Assembly: GCF_009914755.1 (NCBI RefSeq)
Contig: NC_060925.1
Reading direction: 5' to 3' (one strand)
Length of the DNA stretch: 64,000 bases
DNA from: the human T2T-CHM13v2.0 reference genome, Homo sapiens
This document shows positions 1 through 14,928 of this stretch, in pieces. Every line of letters starts with the position of its first letter. Within the stretch, counting starts at the first letter, position 1. Position numbers and translations under genes: made by a program. The notes beneath the pieces were generated by a model that was not told the DNA's origin, made no database searches, and worked only from the letters and a program-made list of their open reading frames with translations.

Positions 1-166
1 ATGAGCAAAAATTTCCTGTATCTGCAGTAGTATCAAATGTAAATGACAATTTGTATTTTTCATTACAAATTACTCCTAAAATTAGCATACTAGAGTTTTA
101 ATAAACTTTTAAAATTGCCTTAGACTACTTTAATATTCAGAAAAGGCATTAAAAATCGAATGACTA

Positions 167-780
<614 letters not shown>

Positions 781-806
781 TAAAATTGCATTCCTTTTAG
801 TTACCT

Positions 807-972
807 CTAGTGGTGCTTTTCAAACCTGAAGGTGGGCACAGATCACCTGGAGACCTTATTAAGATGCAGATTCTGATGAGCAGGTCTGGAATGGGGCCAA
901 CATTCTGCATTTTTCACAGGTTCCCAGGTGATGCTGATGCTGCTGGTTCTCAAACTACGCTTTAACAAGCAG
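807..972. mobile_element. MER5A-like hAT-Charlie MITE
   Basis: atcacctggagacctt..atgcagattct..ggtctggaatggggcc..tctgcattttt..caggtgatgctgatgctgctggt motif string. Confidence 0.8.
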
Positions 973-1067
973 AGACATATAAGTGAAGGCTAAGAAGAGA
1001 CACTTTTTTTTTAACGAAACAGTTAAGTTTTGTTAAACTTAACTGTTTAACGAAACAGTTAAGAAAC

Positions 1068-1620
1068 CATTTATTCAAGGAATATTTATTGAGTACCTGT
1101 TAAGAGTCACAACATGTGATAGATGCTGGGCTTTCTCCCTCTGAGAGAGAAATTTCATTAAAAAACAATTATAGCAGCCATGGGTGCCAGGATAGATAGG
1201 CTCTTGGGGGACCAAAGAAAGGGTGGGGCAGGATGAGGTGCATAACTAGAAAGACCATCCTGAAAAAAACGGCATGTGAGTTGTGCCTTGAAACACAGGA
1301 GGAAGAGGCCACAGAAGGGAAAGATGTTTCTTATGTAGAGAGCTGCAGGAGCACAGGCACAGCTCTGAGAGCTCATAAATCCCTCTGTAATTGCAGGTTG
1401 TTCAGCCAGACTGGAAGGCAAGTGCCTTGGGGGGAGGGTGGAAAATGAAGCAGACGATGGGCAGCAAGGAGGACTGAGAGGCTGGAGGCACCTGAAGGTG
1501 GTGAAACAACCCTGAACGATTTTTTTTCCAGAAGAGAATCAGGTTTGTATCTTGGAAAGGCCACTCTGGCCACAATCTAGGATAAGGGAGTAAAGAAGAG
1601 GGGCAGATGCTCTAAGAACC
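1068..1620 (-). mobile_element. L2 3' fragment
   Basis: catttattcaaggaatatttattgagtacct terminus and typical purine-rich L2 antisense body. Confidence 0.7.
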
Positions 1621-2699
1621 ATTGAAACACCGGAGCCTTGTATCTCACTCACAAGATGAAACATACACATTTTAAAACAAGTAAGCAGCTTATATGACCT
1701 TACTTGCATAAATAGTATACCCAGTACCTGGTATGGAAATAACATATCAATGATTTCCAAATAGTCATCTACTAGTGCTTGAGGAAAAAAGGTTTATTCT
1801 ATAAAGACAAAAATGTTTAACCCAATACAATTAATTTGCTTTGTAAAGCTTTAAGAGTAAAATTCAAGACAATCTCTGCCCTAAAAATCACAAATTCCAA
1901 ATGGATACATCAAATCAAGCATGATGCAAATGATAACTTCCTGCCTGCTCTTCATACTGCTGTGTCGAGACATTGTGTGTAAGCAGGTGCTAGGGTGGAT
2001 GGATGCATGGTTTGCTCTTAGCACTAAGAGCCTGCAGCATCAGCTAAAGATTGCAAGCAGCTCAGGTAACTGTGGGGCCGATGAAACCATGTTACCACTT
2101 ACGTTACTGTTTGAATTCCTGTGAACTTTCAGTGTAATGAATTTAGAGGAGGGTAAATAATTCCAAGACTGAAATCTGCCTCCCAAATTGGAAGCGATAG
2201 ACAAATTCTGCCTCCTGAACCAAGAGAGAATAAAAGGAATTGGCAGACAAATGGTCAATATCCTGAGGCAGTGCAATTTGTCCGCAGCAGACAGGAGCAG
2301 CCTTGGGACAGGGAGGCCCAGAGGCTCAATCAGAAACCACTGTGTGGCCCTCGCGTCAAAAAGCCTGGCCACCCTGGGCTTTAATCCAACAGGGTGAGAA
2401 TCAAACTGTGGAGAGAAAATCTAAATAAACATTAGACTGATTAAAAAAATCAGACATCTAAATCAATGATAAGCAATTTTTAATATGGAAAGACCCAAGC
2501 ACTACTCCATGCATTCTGTTTTCCCTTGTGTTGAGGTCACATTAAAATTCCAAATTGCATTTTGATTCTACGAAAATAAGGAGAATAATAATAAAAGTAG
2601 CAAGAACTGTTGTAATAGCAACCATTGCTCCCATTTGCCTAGTATTTTAAACTCTTCTAATGGATTAATTTTATCAGTTAATTTGATCTATTCCTGAGA

Positions 2700-2862
2700 A
2701 TAATCTAGAATAATCCAGGCAGGAGTGATTCTCCACCCATTTTACAGAGAAGAAAACTGGCACTCAGGAGGCTGAAGTAGAAGAATTACTTGAGCTCAGG
2801 AGTTCGAGACCAGCTTGGACCCTGTCTCTAAAAACAAACAAACAAACAAATAAATAAAAAAA
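2700..2862. mobile_element. MIR fragment abutting a partial Alu monomer (FLAM-like, + strand)
   Basis: cccattttacagagaagaaaactg (MIR core), then ggaggctgaag..ttgagctcaggagttcgagaccagc and an A-rich tail. Confidence 0.65.
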
Positions 2863-3285
2863 TTAAAGTTGGGGTTTAAAGACAAGAAATTTGCACCAAA
2901 TCTATCATGCTAATAGACTTTTTTTATTCCCCACTCTGTGTGACATTTAGTTCTTGAGAAATTATAGAGCAAACCTTCATTCCTTCTAAGCAAGTTTGTG
3001 CTTTTCAAGTATAAACATTTATACCACCAAAAGTATTGGCAATTTTTAACTTCTGTATTCCCACAGGTGGCAATTCCTGCTTAGATTGATTGGCTTCCAC
3101 ACTCCTGAAAGCCATTTCCTTTCTGAATCACAGCATAGGTGGCAATAGTTAATAAACAATTTAGAATGCCATATAAAAACACAGCCGTCTGTGCTAGAAA
3201 ATCAGCATTGCAGAATTATGAGTCCAGCCTAATAGACATGATGAGGGCAGTGGTAGATGGGGGGTGGCATGGCACGGGGCACTAT

Positions 3286-4054
3286 TGATACAGACAGGAG
3301 ACATGGAAATACTGGGTAGAAGAGGGCGATTCCTCGGCAAAAGCCCCACCCTCAAGCCTGGAAACCCGTGGCCCTAAGTGGGAACAGGCATTCCTGTTTT
3401 GCACCCAGGAGTTGCCTTTTCTCCTGCCACATCCCCCTATCCTATACTCATATAAACTCCAAACCCCAGGCTCCATGGGCAGACAAGCAGACAGGCAGAT
3501 GAACAGAAGAGCAGAAGAGTGGCAAGATGGTGCAGCTGAGAGGAGAGAAGAGAAGGAGCATCTGAACGTTGAGAGGAGTTCTGCTGGGGACAGTCAGAGA
3601 GGAAATCAGCCACTGGATGGCCAAACTTCAAGGGAAGATCATCTTCCCACTCCATCTCCTTTCCAGCTCCCCATCCATCCAACTGAGAGCCACCTCCACC
3701 ACTGAGTAAAACCCCTGCATTCAATATCCTTCAAGTCCATGTGTGACCTGATTCTTCCTGGATGCTGGACAAGAACCTGGGTGCCAAGAGGGCACTGAGC
3801 TGGTTAACACTTAAGCCATCTGTGGACAGCAGAGCTAAAAGAGCACTATAGCATGCCCACTAGGGAGTCACAGCGATCCACCTCTAGACACTATTATGGG
3901 GCCAGAGTCCAAAAAGCACTGTCCCCGGTTCCTGTACCTGCCCATCTGCATGCTCCCTCTCCTCTAAGGGGTTTGAGCATGCACAGAAACTGAACAGTGA
4001 GCCACACCCCTGTTGCACGTCCTTCAAGGGGGGGTCAGGGAACTCTCCATTTCA
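3286..4054 (+). mobile_element. Complete solo LTR, MER50-like (ERV1)
   Basis: TG...CA termini and 4-bp TSD CTAT (3282-3285, 4055-4058). Start tgatacagacaggag..aaatactgggtagaagaggg and end gggtcagggaactctcc..ttca match remembered MER50. TATA-like catataaac near 3448. Confidence 0.85.
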
Positions 4055-4402
4055 CTATGTCCAGAGAAGAATCCCCTGAAGACAGGCAAGACCTCAGAGA
4101 AGGCAGGCTGGACTTCAGCCCACCTGCAGGTATGAAGATGAAGTGGGGAGCCTGGACACACTTTTTTCTCCATAGCCATTGTGATGGCTTGGAATGGAGG
4201 TTCCATTGCAACCCCTTTTCCTTCCCTAGCCTTCAGTTTTCACTGAGTTCACAGATCCTTCCACTAGGCTTTCTGGAACTGTTAATCCTTACCTGGCACA
4301 CTCCCTGAATCCTCAAACTTAGCAGAATGTTCTCGCCTCCCACTGGTCTTCATTGGAACCTTGAGGTCAAGAGTTCCACCTCCCCACAGCCACCACAGTT
4401 CC

Positions 4403-4751
4403 TGTGTTGGTTAGTTTCATGTGTCAACTTGGCTAGGCTGTAGTGTCCAGGTACTTAGTAACATTGATCTAAGTGTTTCTGTGAAGGTATTTTGTAGATG
4501 TGGTAAACATCTACAATCAATTGACTTCATGTAAAGAAATTACCCTCAATCATGTGGGTGGGACTCATCAAATCAGTTGGAAGGCCTTAACAGCAAAAAC
4601 GGAGGCTTCCCAGAAAAATAAGAAATTCTGCCTCAAGACTGTCATATCAACTCCTGCCTGAGCTTGTTGGCTTACCCTACACATTTTGGATTTGCCAGCT
4701 CCGAGTGCATGAGCAATTCCTTAAAATAAATCTTTTGGGGTGTGTGTGCAT

Positions 4752-4794
<43 letters not shown>

Positions 4795-4837
4795 AGTGTC
4801 TGTTCCTCGTGGTCACTTTCAGACCTTTACTTATTCA
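4403..4837 (+). mobile_element. MLT2-family LTR (ERVL) containing a (TG)n microsatellite at about 4741-4790
   Basis: tgtgttggttagtttcatgtgtcaacttggctaggc start; ttccttaaaataaatc followed by (TG)n. Confidence 0.8.
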
Positions 4838-5037
4838 TCCTTTTGCCAAGCCACAAAAAGACATCAAAGACAAACACCTATTCCTCCAGGGCTAGTCCTT
4901 CACCCCTGCCATGCACCTGCTTGCAGAGGAGCTGCTATCCTCTACCAGCTTCTCAGTCACTCCTCAGCTCTCAGGAAAGAAGACTCTGGCTCCTGGATCA
5001 CAACCTTCTGCAGCACCACCAATGATCTACAGGTGTA

Positions 5038-5110
5038 TTGGGTTGGTGCAAACATAATTGTGACTTTTGCCATTACTTTCAATGGGAAAAACTGCAATTA
5101 TATTTGCAAG
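5038..5110. mobile_element. MADE1 (Hsmar1-derived MITE)
   Basis: ggttggtgcaaacataattgtgacttttgccattactttcaatgggaaaaactgcaatta resembles the 80-bp palindromic MADE1. Confidence 0.8.
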
Positions 5111-5139
5111 CGCATGTTTTGTTCACCAGTCCTGGTCCA

Positions 5140-5770
5140 ACGCCAAATGCCTACTTGACTCCTTTCTTGAATGTTACCTCTTGAACACCTCAAATGCAGT
5201 TTGTTCAGATTCAATGGGCATAGTCTTCCCTCTACTCCCAGTTGTCTTCAAGGGTTCCCAAGTTCAACATATGGCACATCCACCTATTAAGTTATGAAAG
5301 CCCAAACATGGAAGCCTTTAAGCTTCCTCTCCCTCATCCCCTTATTTCTGACTCATCACCAAGTCTCATGGATTTTATTTCATAAATACCTCTCAAATAT
5401 ATCTAAATGGCTTCATCCCCCCACCAACAACCTAGTCTAGGCTACCATTCACTCTGACTTAGACTACTGCATTGGCCTCTCAAAATGGCGCCTTTGCTAC
5501 ATGGGTGCCCAGATAATCTTTTCAAAATGCAAGTCTGATCATCTTCTCTAATGAACATCCTTAACAGATTTTGCTGATAGGATAAAGTGAAAAATCCTCG
5601 CCTGTGGGGTGTGGTCTTGCCTCCTCTTCCAGCTTTATTCACAACCTGCCCTCCCTCCACTCACTCGACTTCAACACACTGGCATCTCTCAGTCCCTCAA
5701 GGTCATCCTGTGCTCCTCTCTACGTGGACTTCTCAGAACCCCCTCTTTACCTGTGTAAATCCTATTCATC
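5140..5770 (+). mobile_element. L2 fragment
   Basis: Pyrimidine-rich degenerate L2 body (ccaaatgcctacttgac..., ttcaaaatgcaagtctgatcat...). Confidence 0.65.
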
Positions 5771-6252
5771 CTATAGGCCTGCTAGTTCACATCCTCTAGG
5801 AAGTGGAGGCCAAGATGGATTTAGAAGTGCAGGAGAATTAGCAGGGAAAACTTCCTTGAAGGATGAAGGGGAGGGAGCTGGCATAAACCAAGAGAGCCTT
5901 TGAGCATGATGAAGGTCTGATGCTTGGGAAAGGAAAGAAGGGAGGAAAGAGGGCTGGATACAAAGAGCAGCAAACTGCTCTGAGAAAGTCTCAGCCAGGT
6001 TGATGGCTACCAGCATCCGTGTGGCCTCGGCCTGAATGTTGTGCTGGATCCCAAAGGTGCAGCAGCTGGAGGCTGCCGGCCAACTCACTTCCCTCACCAG
6101 GTCCTCTTGTGTGACACCTCCATGCCTGCCACAAGACCTCAGCTCAAACTTTGTGTGTATTTGAAAAAAAAGTTTTTCTGTGTTTAAAGTTGATTCCTTA
6201 GATTACTATAGATTATCACATCAAGATGTAGAAGCATTTTAAAGATTCTTAA

Positions 6253-6582
<330 letters not shown>

Positions 6583-6609
6583 TAAAATGACAGTTAAAAG
6601 GAAGGGTGG

Positions 6610-7490
6610 GCTCACATTTGTTGGGATGGCTATTATCAAAAAGACAACAGGTAACAAGTGTTGGCAAGGGTGTGGAGAAAAGGGACCCTTGCATGCTGTT
6701 GGTGGGAATGTAGACTAGTGTCATTGGTGGAAATAGTGGAAAATGGTATGGATTCCTAAAGAAAGTACAAATAGAGCTACCATATGACCCAGCAATCCTA
6801 CTTCAGGGCATAGTCCCAAAGGAAATGAAATCACCACCATTTCAAGGTACCTGCACTCTTGTGTTCATTGCAGCTTTATTCACAGAAGCCAAAATATGGA
6901 AACTAGCAAAATGTCCATCAATGGATGAACGAATAAGAAACTGTGGGGTATGTGTGTAATATGTGTGTATATATATGTAATATATATGTATTACATATCT
7001 ATAATGGAATATTATTCAGCTTTTAAAAAGGAGATCCTGCCATTTGCCAAGTGTATGAACTTACAAAACATTATGCTAAGTGAAATAAACCAGACACAGA
7101 AGGAAAAATACCGCATAATCTCACTTATATGTGGAATCTTTTTTTAAATGTTAAGTATGCAAAAACAGATAATAAAACAGTGGTTAACTGGGGTGACTGG
7201 AGGGAGAGGGAGGAAATGGGGGAAATGTAGGTCAAAGGATACAAAATAGTACATGTGTAGGATACGGAGGTCTAGAAATCTAATGTACAACATGAGGACT
7301 ATGGATGATAACATTGTATTGTATTAAATGTTTACTAAATGAATATATTTTATCTGCTCTTGTCACAAAATATAGGTAACTGTGAGATGATGGATATGCT
7401 AATTTGCTTCACTACAGTAGCCATTTTACTATCTTCCTGCATCTTATAACATTATATTGTATAACTTAAATGTATACAATAAAAATTTAT
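6610..7490 (+). mobile_element. L1MA-family 3' end (ORF2 tail and 3'UTR)
   Basis: ggatggctattatcaaaaagac..caagtgttggcaagggtgtggagaaaaggga..catatgacccagcaatccta..; ends with aataaaaattt. Confidence 0.88.
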
Positions 7491-7819
7491 TTTTATTTTT
7501 AAAATATAATAACATTTTTAAATGAATGGTTAGAGAGGGGGTTTTGGAGTTGAGAAAAAAATTCATATTATATCCCATTTTCTAAATATTCTTTAAAAAA
7601 TCTCAGTTTTATAGAAAGATGGGAATTATAAATATGTGTGCTTGCTGTTAAGCAGAACTCTTAACCCTTTCGTTCAGTTTGCCTTGTAACTAACAAACTT
7701 CAAACTAGAGATTGAGGTTTACTTAAGATATGATTCTCCTGCCTTTTCTAACAACTCTTATTTTAAGTCTCCGAAAAGGAAATAAAATCAAAGATGAAAT
7801 CAAAGGTGAAGGGGTAAAT

Positions 7820-8400
7820 ATAATATAGTTCCTGCCCCTGAGGAGCTTAGAGCTTAGCCAGAGAAGAAGACATGTAAATAGCTAACCATATACCACAACA
7901 CAAGGTGTATTATTATAAGGTGAATAAAGAGCTAATGGAACATAGATAAAAGAGGAATTCATTCAGCCAACACAGAAAGGGAGAGGAAGAGGAAACAGAA
8001 AGAGTCACAGAAACGACACGCAAGCTGGACTTTGAAGAATGAAAAATTCACCAGGCGGAAGGCATCACCGACCCAGAAATCAGTGTGCACAAAGTCATGG
8101 AGGAATGACAAATGTGAAAAGCCACAAGGGAGTGGCTGGAGGCAAGGTTGGAAAGGTAACTAAAGACACAGAAAGTTTTGCTCTGGTACACTAACAAACT
8201 GTGCATTCTCCTCTACAAGCAATATGAGTCTTTAGAGGTTTTGAGTAGGGAAGGGACATGTTGAGAGCTGTGTTTTAGAAAGATCATGCTGGCAGCAGTA
8301 TGGAGGATGGAATGAAGTGGGCTGAGACTAGAGGCAGAGAGACCAGTTAAGCTATTGCTATTGCAACAGTCAAGGTCAAGAAGAGTTAAGAGGATTGAAT
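7820..8400 (-). mobile_element. L2 fragment
   Basis: gttcctgcccctgaggagctt..., gtgttttagaaagatcatgctggcagcag...gagaccagttaag. Confidence 0.65.
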
Positions 8401-9396
8401 TAAACCAGAGAGCAGTGATCATTGGAAAACACAAAAATAGATTCAAGAAACCTTTTGTATATGAGGTTGGGTCTTAAGAATCAACAGAAAGCATAACTCC
8501 GGTTTTAGATTCAGTGGCCAAATCCGTAAATGGACTGGCTGCACACAGCCAGTGTTTCTGGAAACAAGGCCTTGAGAATCTTTTTCCAGAGATATGGTGG
8601 AAGCATTTTAAAGCTTGTCATTTGCTAGTTCAGACCCTAAGGACTTAAAGAGTTAATGACATCTTCCTGGTTGACACCAGTATAATCTCAAATCTCACAA
8701 TGGTTCATTAAACATTGGGTTTATAGTATGAAATCTTTTTAATGACTTGGGATAAGATTCATGCCATTTTTATAAGCAGAAATTTGGCTGAGGGGTGTTA
8801 TAATAGGGAGAGTAAGACATAGACACGATCATTCCAGAATGTGGACCGTCTGGCGCTTAAAGCAGGGCCAGCAAGTTAACAACCACACTCTCTTTTTGCT
8901 CATAATATTTCTTTCTCATTTAGGTAAGTAACTGAGGTTTAGTTGCTTCACTACTTTCAAGAAGAACGAAATGATCTATTTATTCCAAAAACGGGATCTA
9001 AAAATGAAATTATAGTCCAGAACCAAGTATGAATATAGATTTCAGTTAAACTTGACCAGTTATTGGGTTCACTGGGGTCAAGTGAATTGGATGGGTGGCA
9101 TGGACACTCTGTAAGAGGCAGTCTCTTACAAAGTGCAACAAAAATCAAAGATCTGGACTAAAGGTTTTGGTATATTGTCCACCATTGGCTTTGAGAGACT
9201 TTTTATGGATAATTGAGAGACATGTGCCATTTTACCACACACTCATATTTGTGATGGCCTGACAGACACCTCTTCTCTGGATGTGTCACTGACCTCTCAA
9301 AGACAACACCTTATCCTATTACACCAGGGGCCAACTCTTCCTCCAACCTCCCCATAGCGATTGCTGGCCTGTCATTTGTTGCCCTCGCCCATCTTG

Positions 9397-9500
9397 GATT
9401 TTTCCCTTCCCCATCATACATACGAGTCAGTTACCCAGTTACTCTATGATTTTTCCCTTCCCCATCATACATATGAGTCAGTTACCCAGTTACTCTATGA
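9397..9500 (+). repeat. 51-bp tandem duplication inside an L2 relic
   Basis: gatttttcccttccccatcatacata(c/t)gagtcagttacccagttactctat x2 (9397-9447, 9448-9498); single difference CG/TG. Confidence 0.95.
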
Positions 9501-10427
9501 ATTCTTCCTCATCTGTGACTCATTTGCCTTCCTACTGTCTCTACCTAGTTTTTATTCCTGATTCCTCTCCCCTAGATAATAGTTCTCTAGCAAGCTCTTA
9601 ACCCTTCAATCTCCTCACATTCCTATCCACTAGGCATTCTACCACAAATTAACCTTAAATTATTTTCTAATTCTCTAATTTTTATACAAAGAGCAGAGCT
9701 TTAGAAAGTTCAAAAATAGTTTTATGTTTCATCTCTTCTACCAAATAAATTCTAGACCCCTAACTCAGATAGTTTAAAACCCTACAAATCTGACTCCATG
9801 TTTTGTAGGGCATTAAACCAACCAAGTCAATGGTCTAGAATTTATGGCCCTTCACCCTAAATGCCAGCCCAAGTTGCACCACTCCTCCTGAGTCAGACCT
9901 TACAATCCTTCTGTGGCCATGATCCTGTGCAAACTAATCCTCTGCCAAAAATACCTTTGCCCTCCCCACCCCTCAAAATCCGTGGTCTATTTCCATCATG
10001 TTACATTGAGTAAAAAAAACCCAGGAAACAAAAATGAATATGTGAGTACAATGGTAGAATCCTGCTTCTTCCTTCTTGCTTTCTCCATTTATCTACCCAT
10101 CAATCTATCTGAAATAAAGAAAACTGGATTTTAAAAGATATACGCCAAGTTGTTAAAAGGAGATTTCTCTTGATGGCACAATTCTGAGTGTCTTTTTTCA
10201 TTTTATTATCTAATTCTCTAATTTTTATACAAAGAACACATTTACTTTTATAGTAAGAAAAATTCTTCCTTGTTTTGGACAAACTGTGATAAAAAGAAAA
10301 AATTGTTAAAAAGTAAAAAAAAAGAAAAATGTGTATTAAGTTTTTAAACAATTATAATTTAAATTGAAAAAAAGTGTGTCCATCCTTCAAAGCTCTACTC
10401 ACATGGAGAGCTGCTTTGCTAAACCTG

Positions 10428-10723
<296 letters not shown>

Positions 10724-10873
10724 TAAACCTTTCTTGATGATTAAAGATGTGCTTAAATTCCCTTTCCTTCAACCTCCTTAGTAGCTTCACACACACACAA
10801 GTAGTAACTGTAATGTTGTTAAGACCACAGGCTTTGAAATCAGACACACACCATGTAAAATCACTTTCACTGT

Positions 10874-11176
10874 TGTTATGGGCTGAATTATGTTGCCCCA
10901 AAACTCGTATGTTGAAACCCTAACCTCCAAAACCGCAGAATATGACTATATTTGGAGCTAGGGGCTTTACAGAGGTAGTTAAGGTTAAATAAGGTCATTA
11001 GGCAGGCCCTAGTTCACTCTGACTGGTGTTCTTATAAGAAGAAATTTGAACACACGAGAGACATGAGGGATGTGCATGCACAGAGGGATGACCATGTGAA
11101 GAAGCAGCAAGAAGGCGGCCATCTCCAATCCAAAGAGAGAGGCCTCAGAAGGAAACCAACCCTGTCAGCACCTTGA
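10874..11176 (+). mobile_element. MLT1B-like MaLR LTR, 3' truncated
   Basis: tgttatgggctgaattatg..gttgaaaccctaacc..gagagaggcctcagaaggaaaccaaccctg. Confidence 0.8.
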
Positions 11177-12026
11177 CTAAGCATTCTCTTAGGCCAAAAC
11201 ATTCTAAATTCCCACAACTCCCAGGTCGGCTCTTTGCTGCTCTACCCCAGTCAAAAGCAGCACCCTAGGACAATAGTGTGCACCCCCTTGCTCCATCCTC
11301 CCTGAGCCTCTGTGTTAGAAATCAGTTCTCCCCAAATACATAGTTAACATAACCCATTTTTTGCTATTATTTTCACAGAAAGTTAACTTCCGAAAGCCGG
11401 AACATTTTTATGAGTATCTAATAAGCCACTTCCAAATTGCATTTAGCTGAAATTGAAAGTACAATCCAATTTATTTAAACAGAATTTCTTACGAATGTAC
11501 TTGAAGAGAAGGCCAGTAAAATAGGGCTGGAAGAATTTCCCTTGGATCCATTATGCTTCCCTTTGCCTACCCAGAAGTCAGGAACTTTTGAGTATTAAGG
11601 ACAGAATGTTCAGCATTCTAATAATTAACTGAACATAATCTGGAAATGAAAAAGCGGGGGAAATTTTTTTTAAACTCTCTCGGAAAACAGAAATAGTGCA
11701 CTTAGATCCTTCAGCACAGATTCACAGCTGAACTGCAGTTACCTGCATATACTCGGCTAAAAAAGAAAAAAATTAAAGACCATGTACTAAAGCATTTTCT
11801 ATTAATTACAGCATTTAGAAGATACGTATCCCCTATTTTAAAATTTAAACCTATTTTTCATTTTTATTAATCTATTTGGGGGTTTTTGGTTTCCTAACAT
11901 GGATGATGTGGCAACATGTAGCTTAACTCTTACATTGCCAGTTATTTTTGTTTCTCTCGATTCTTTTCTTCAAAATCTTATGTCTTTTCCATCATTTGGG
12001 AAGTTCTATCAATAACTTTATAGTTG

Positions 12027-12340
12027 AGCCTGGTGCGGTGGCTTACACCTATAATCCCAACACATTGGGAGGCCAAGGTGGGAGGATTGCTTTGAGCCCT
12101 GGAGTTTGAGACCAGTCTGAGTAACACAGTGAGACCCTGTCTCTAAAAAATATACAAAAATTAGCCAGGCATGGTGGCACATGGCTGTAGTCCCAGCTAT
12201 TCAGGGGGCTGAGGTGGGAGGATCACTTGAGCCCAAGAAGGTCGAGGTTGCAGTGAGCTGTGATGGCACCACTGCACTCCACCCTGGGAGAGAGAGACCC
12301 TGTCTCAAAATAACAACAAACAAACAACAGCAAGAAAAAA
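12027..12340 (+). mobile_element. AluJ
   Basis: ggaggattgctttgagcc / ggatcacttgagcccaagaaggtcgagg J-type diagnostics. Confidence 0.92.
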
Positions 12341-13109
12341 CAGTTAGATATTCTTTAAATATTTTCTTAAAAACTAAATTTTGAGAAGACATAGATGTAC
12401 CTAAGTTATAAGCATAATAAAGAGTCTTAGTGTTTTCATAGGGAAGAAAAGCCAACATGATAGTGTAGAGACAGTGAAGGCTGGGACCCCTGCACTTAGG
12501 GCTCCCTGGATTAAAGCCTGTGACAGAGCAATTCTCATCTTTAAAGTTCCCTAATGACTAATGTGGATTTTAGTAATTATTTAAGGGCCCCGTAAGGAGT
12601 GTAAGAAAGATAAAACCCTAATTCCAAGACTGAAATTAAATGGGTATCATTTCATGAGGAATTTGAAAAAGCTCTTTGAAAGTATGCGAATGTAATATGG
12701 AGGTATTGAATTTCTTCCCTGTGACTATTTCATTATATTAAACAATCCATAAAAACTGTAAGTAATGGCAGAGATGAGACTACTGATTTTTCTCGCTTGA
12801 TTTGTCCTGAGTTCGCGTTAACTGAGCATAAGAAACTCCCGTTCCCTGAATTGGGCACTGCCATGCAGAAAGTTTTACTGCAGCAGTTGAAGAGGAGTTT
12901 TAACACGTTGCACAGACGTCCAGTCTCTGGGACTGCTGAACTGTAATAAACTACACCATTAAGTGAAACATTGGATGGAGAAGCTGGCTCATTGGGTCGG
13001 CGGTTACAGTTATAAGTAGCTCCTTGGGATGCTAATAGATTAAGACGAGTGGTTTAAACTTCCAAGACAGACCTCCCGCTTTAGTAAACAGCAGAGTAAC
13101 AGACTTACA

Positions 13110-13275
13110 TAATACCTCAGGCAGTGTGCATTCTGGTATAGGCCCAGCCTCTAATTGTGTGACCTTGGACAGCTAATTTTGCTTCCCTAGACACCCCAGT
13201 CCCTTCATCTGAAAATAAGAACGTATCATGGGATCATCTCAAGTGTATCTAGAGCTCTACTGTTCTAGGATTCAA
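13110..13275 (+). mobile_element. MIR fragment
   Basis: tgtgtgaccttggacag...cttcatctgaaaataag. Confidence 0.6.
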
Positions 13276-13813
13276 CGACTGGTAAATCTACAAATATAAT
13301 ATTACATGATCAGGATTAAATGAACTCTAATGGGCAAAATGCATGATGTAGTCATCCAAATGCTAATATTGTAATGTGGATAGAAAGAACAGATTTTAAG
13401 TTCACCAAAAATGAAATCAAAATGGACCAGACATATTAATAGGAGCTCAACTTCATTTGTAATTTTAAAATGCAAATAAATACAATGAAATACCATTTTC
13501 ACCTATCAGATTAGCAACAATGTAAAGTTTAAAGATATTCAGTGGTGACTGAGTGTGGGGAAACTGGTACTTTTAATGCTGTTTATATGAATGGAAATTG
13601 GTGGTCTTCTCAAAGGTCAACTTGTTAATATGTATCCAAAGTTAAAATACAGTCACGCTCACATAACAACGAGGATATGTCTGAGAGATACATCCTTGTG
13701 CGATTTCATCATTGTATGAACATCATAGTGTACTTACACAAGTCTAAATGATACAGCTTATTATATATTATATACATATAGGCTGTATTGTATAACTTAT
13801 TCCTCTTAGGCTA

Positions 13814-14223
<410 letters not shown>

Positions 14224-14622
14224 TTAAAAATGGTACGTCTGTATAGCATAGGGCACTTATCAGGAGTGGAGCTTGCAGGACTAGAAGTTACTCAGGGTGA
14301 GTCAATGAGTGAGTGATGAGTGAATGTGAAGGCCTAGGACATTACTGTACACTGCTGTACGTTTTATAAACACTGTATACTTACGTTACACTAAATTGAT
14401 TTTTTAAATGTTCTTTCTTCGATAATAAATTAACCTTAGCTTACTATCACTTTTACTTCATAAATTTTACTTTTTTTCAAACATTTGACTCTTTGTAATA
14501 ACACTTAGCTTAAAACACAAATTATACAGCTATACAAAAATATTTTCTTTCTCTATATCTTTATTCTATATACTTTTTTCTGTTTCTAGAAATTTTAAGT
14601 ATTTTTTACTTCTTAAACTTTT

Positions 14623-14928
14623 TGTTGTTTTGTTTTGTTTTAGCTACAGGGTCTGCTCTGTCATCCAGGCTGGAATGCAAGTGGCACAATCAAGGCTCAC
14701 TGTAACCTCAAACTCCAAGGCTCAAGCAATCCTCTCACCTCAGCCTCCCAAGTAGCTAAGACTACAGTCATGAGCCACCATGCCTGCTTGATTTTTTAAA
14801 AAAAAATTTTGTAAAGACAGAGTCTCACCTTGTTGCCCAGGCTGGTTTGAGCTGCTGTCCTCAAGCGATCCTCCTGCCTCAGCCTCCAAAAGTGCTGGGA
14901 TTACAGGCGTGAGCCACCATGCCTGGCC
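14623..14928 (-). mobile_element. AluJ
   Basis: Reverse Alu with ggctcaagcaatcctc diagnostics. Confidence 0.9.

Noticed and set aside
5038-5110. Hairpin as a possible miR-548-type precursor
   Set aside because: Explained by a degenerate MADE1 with a damaged right arm; no expression evidence.
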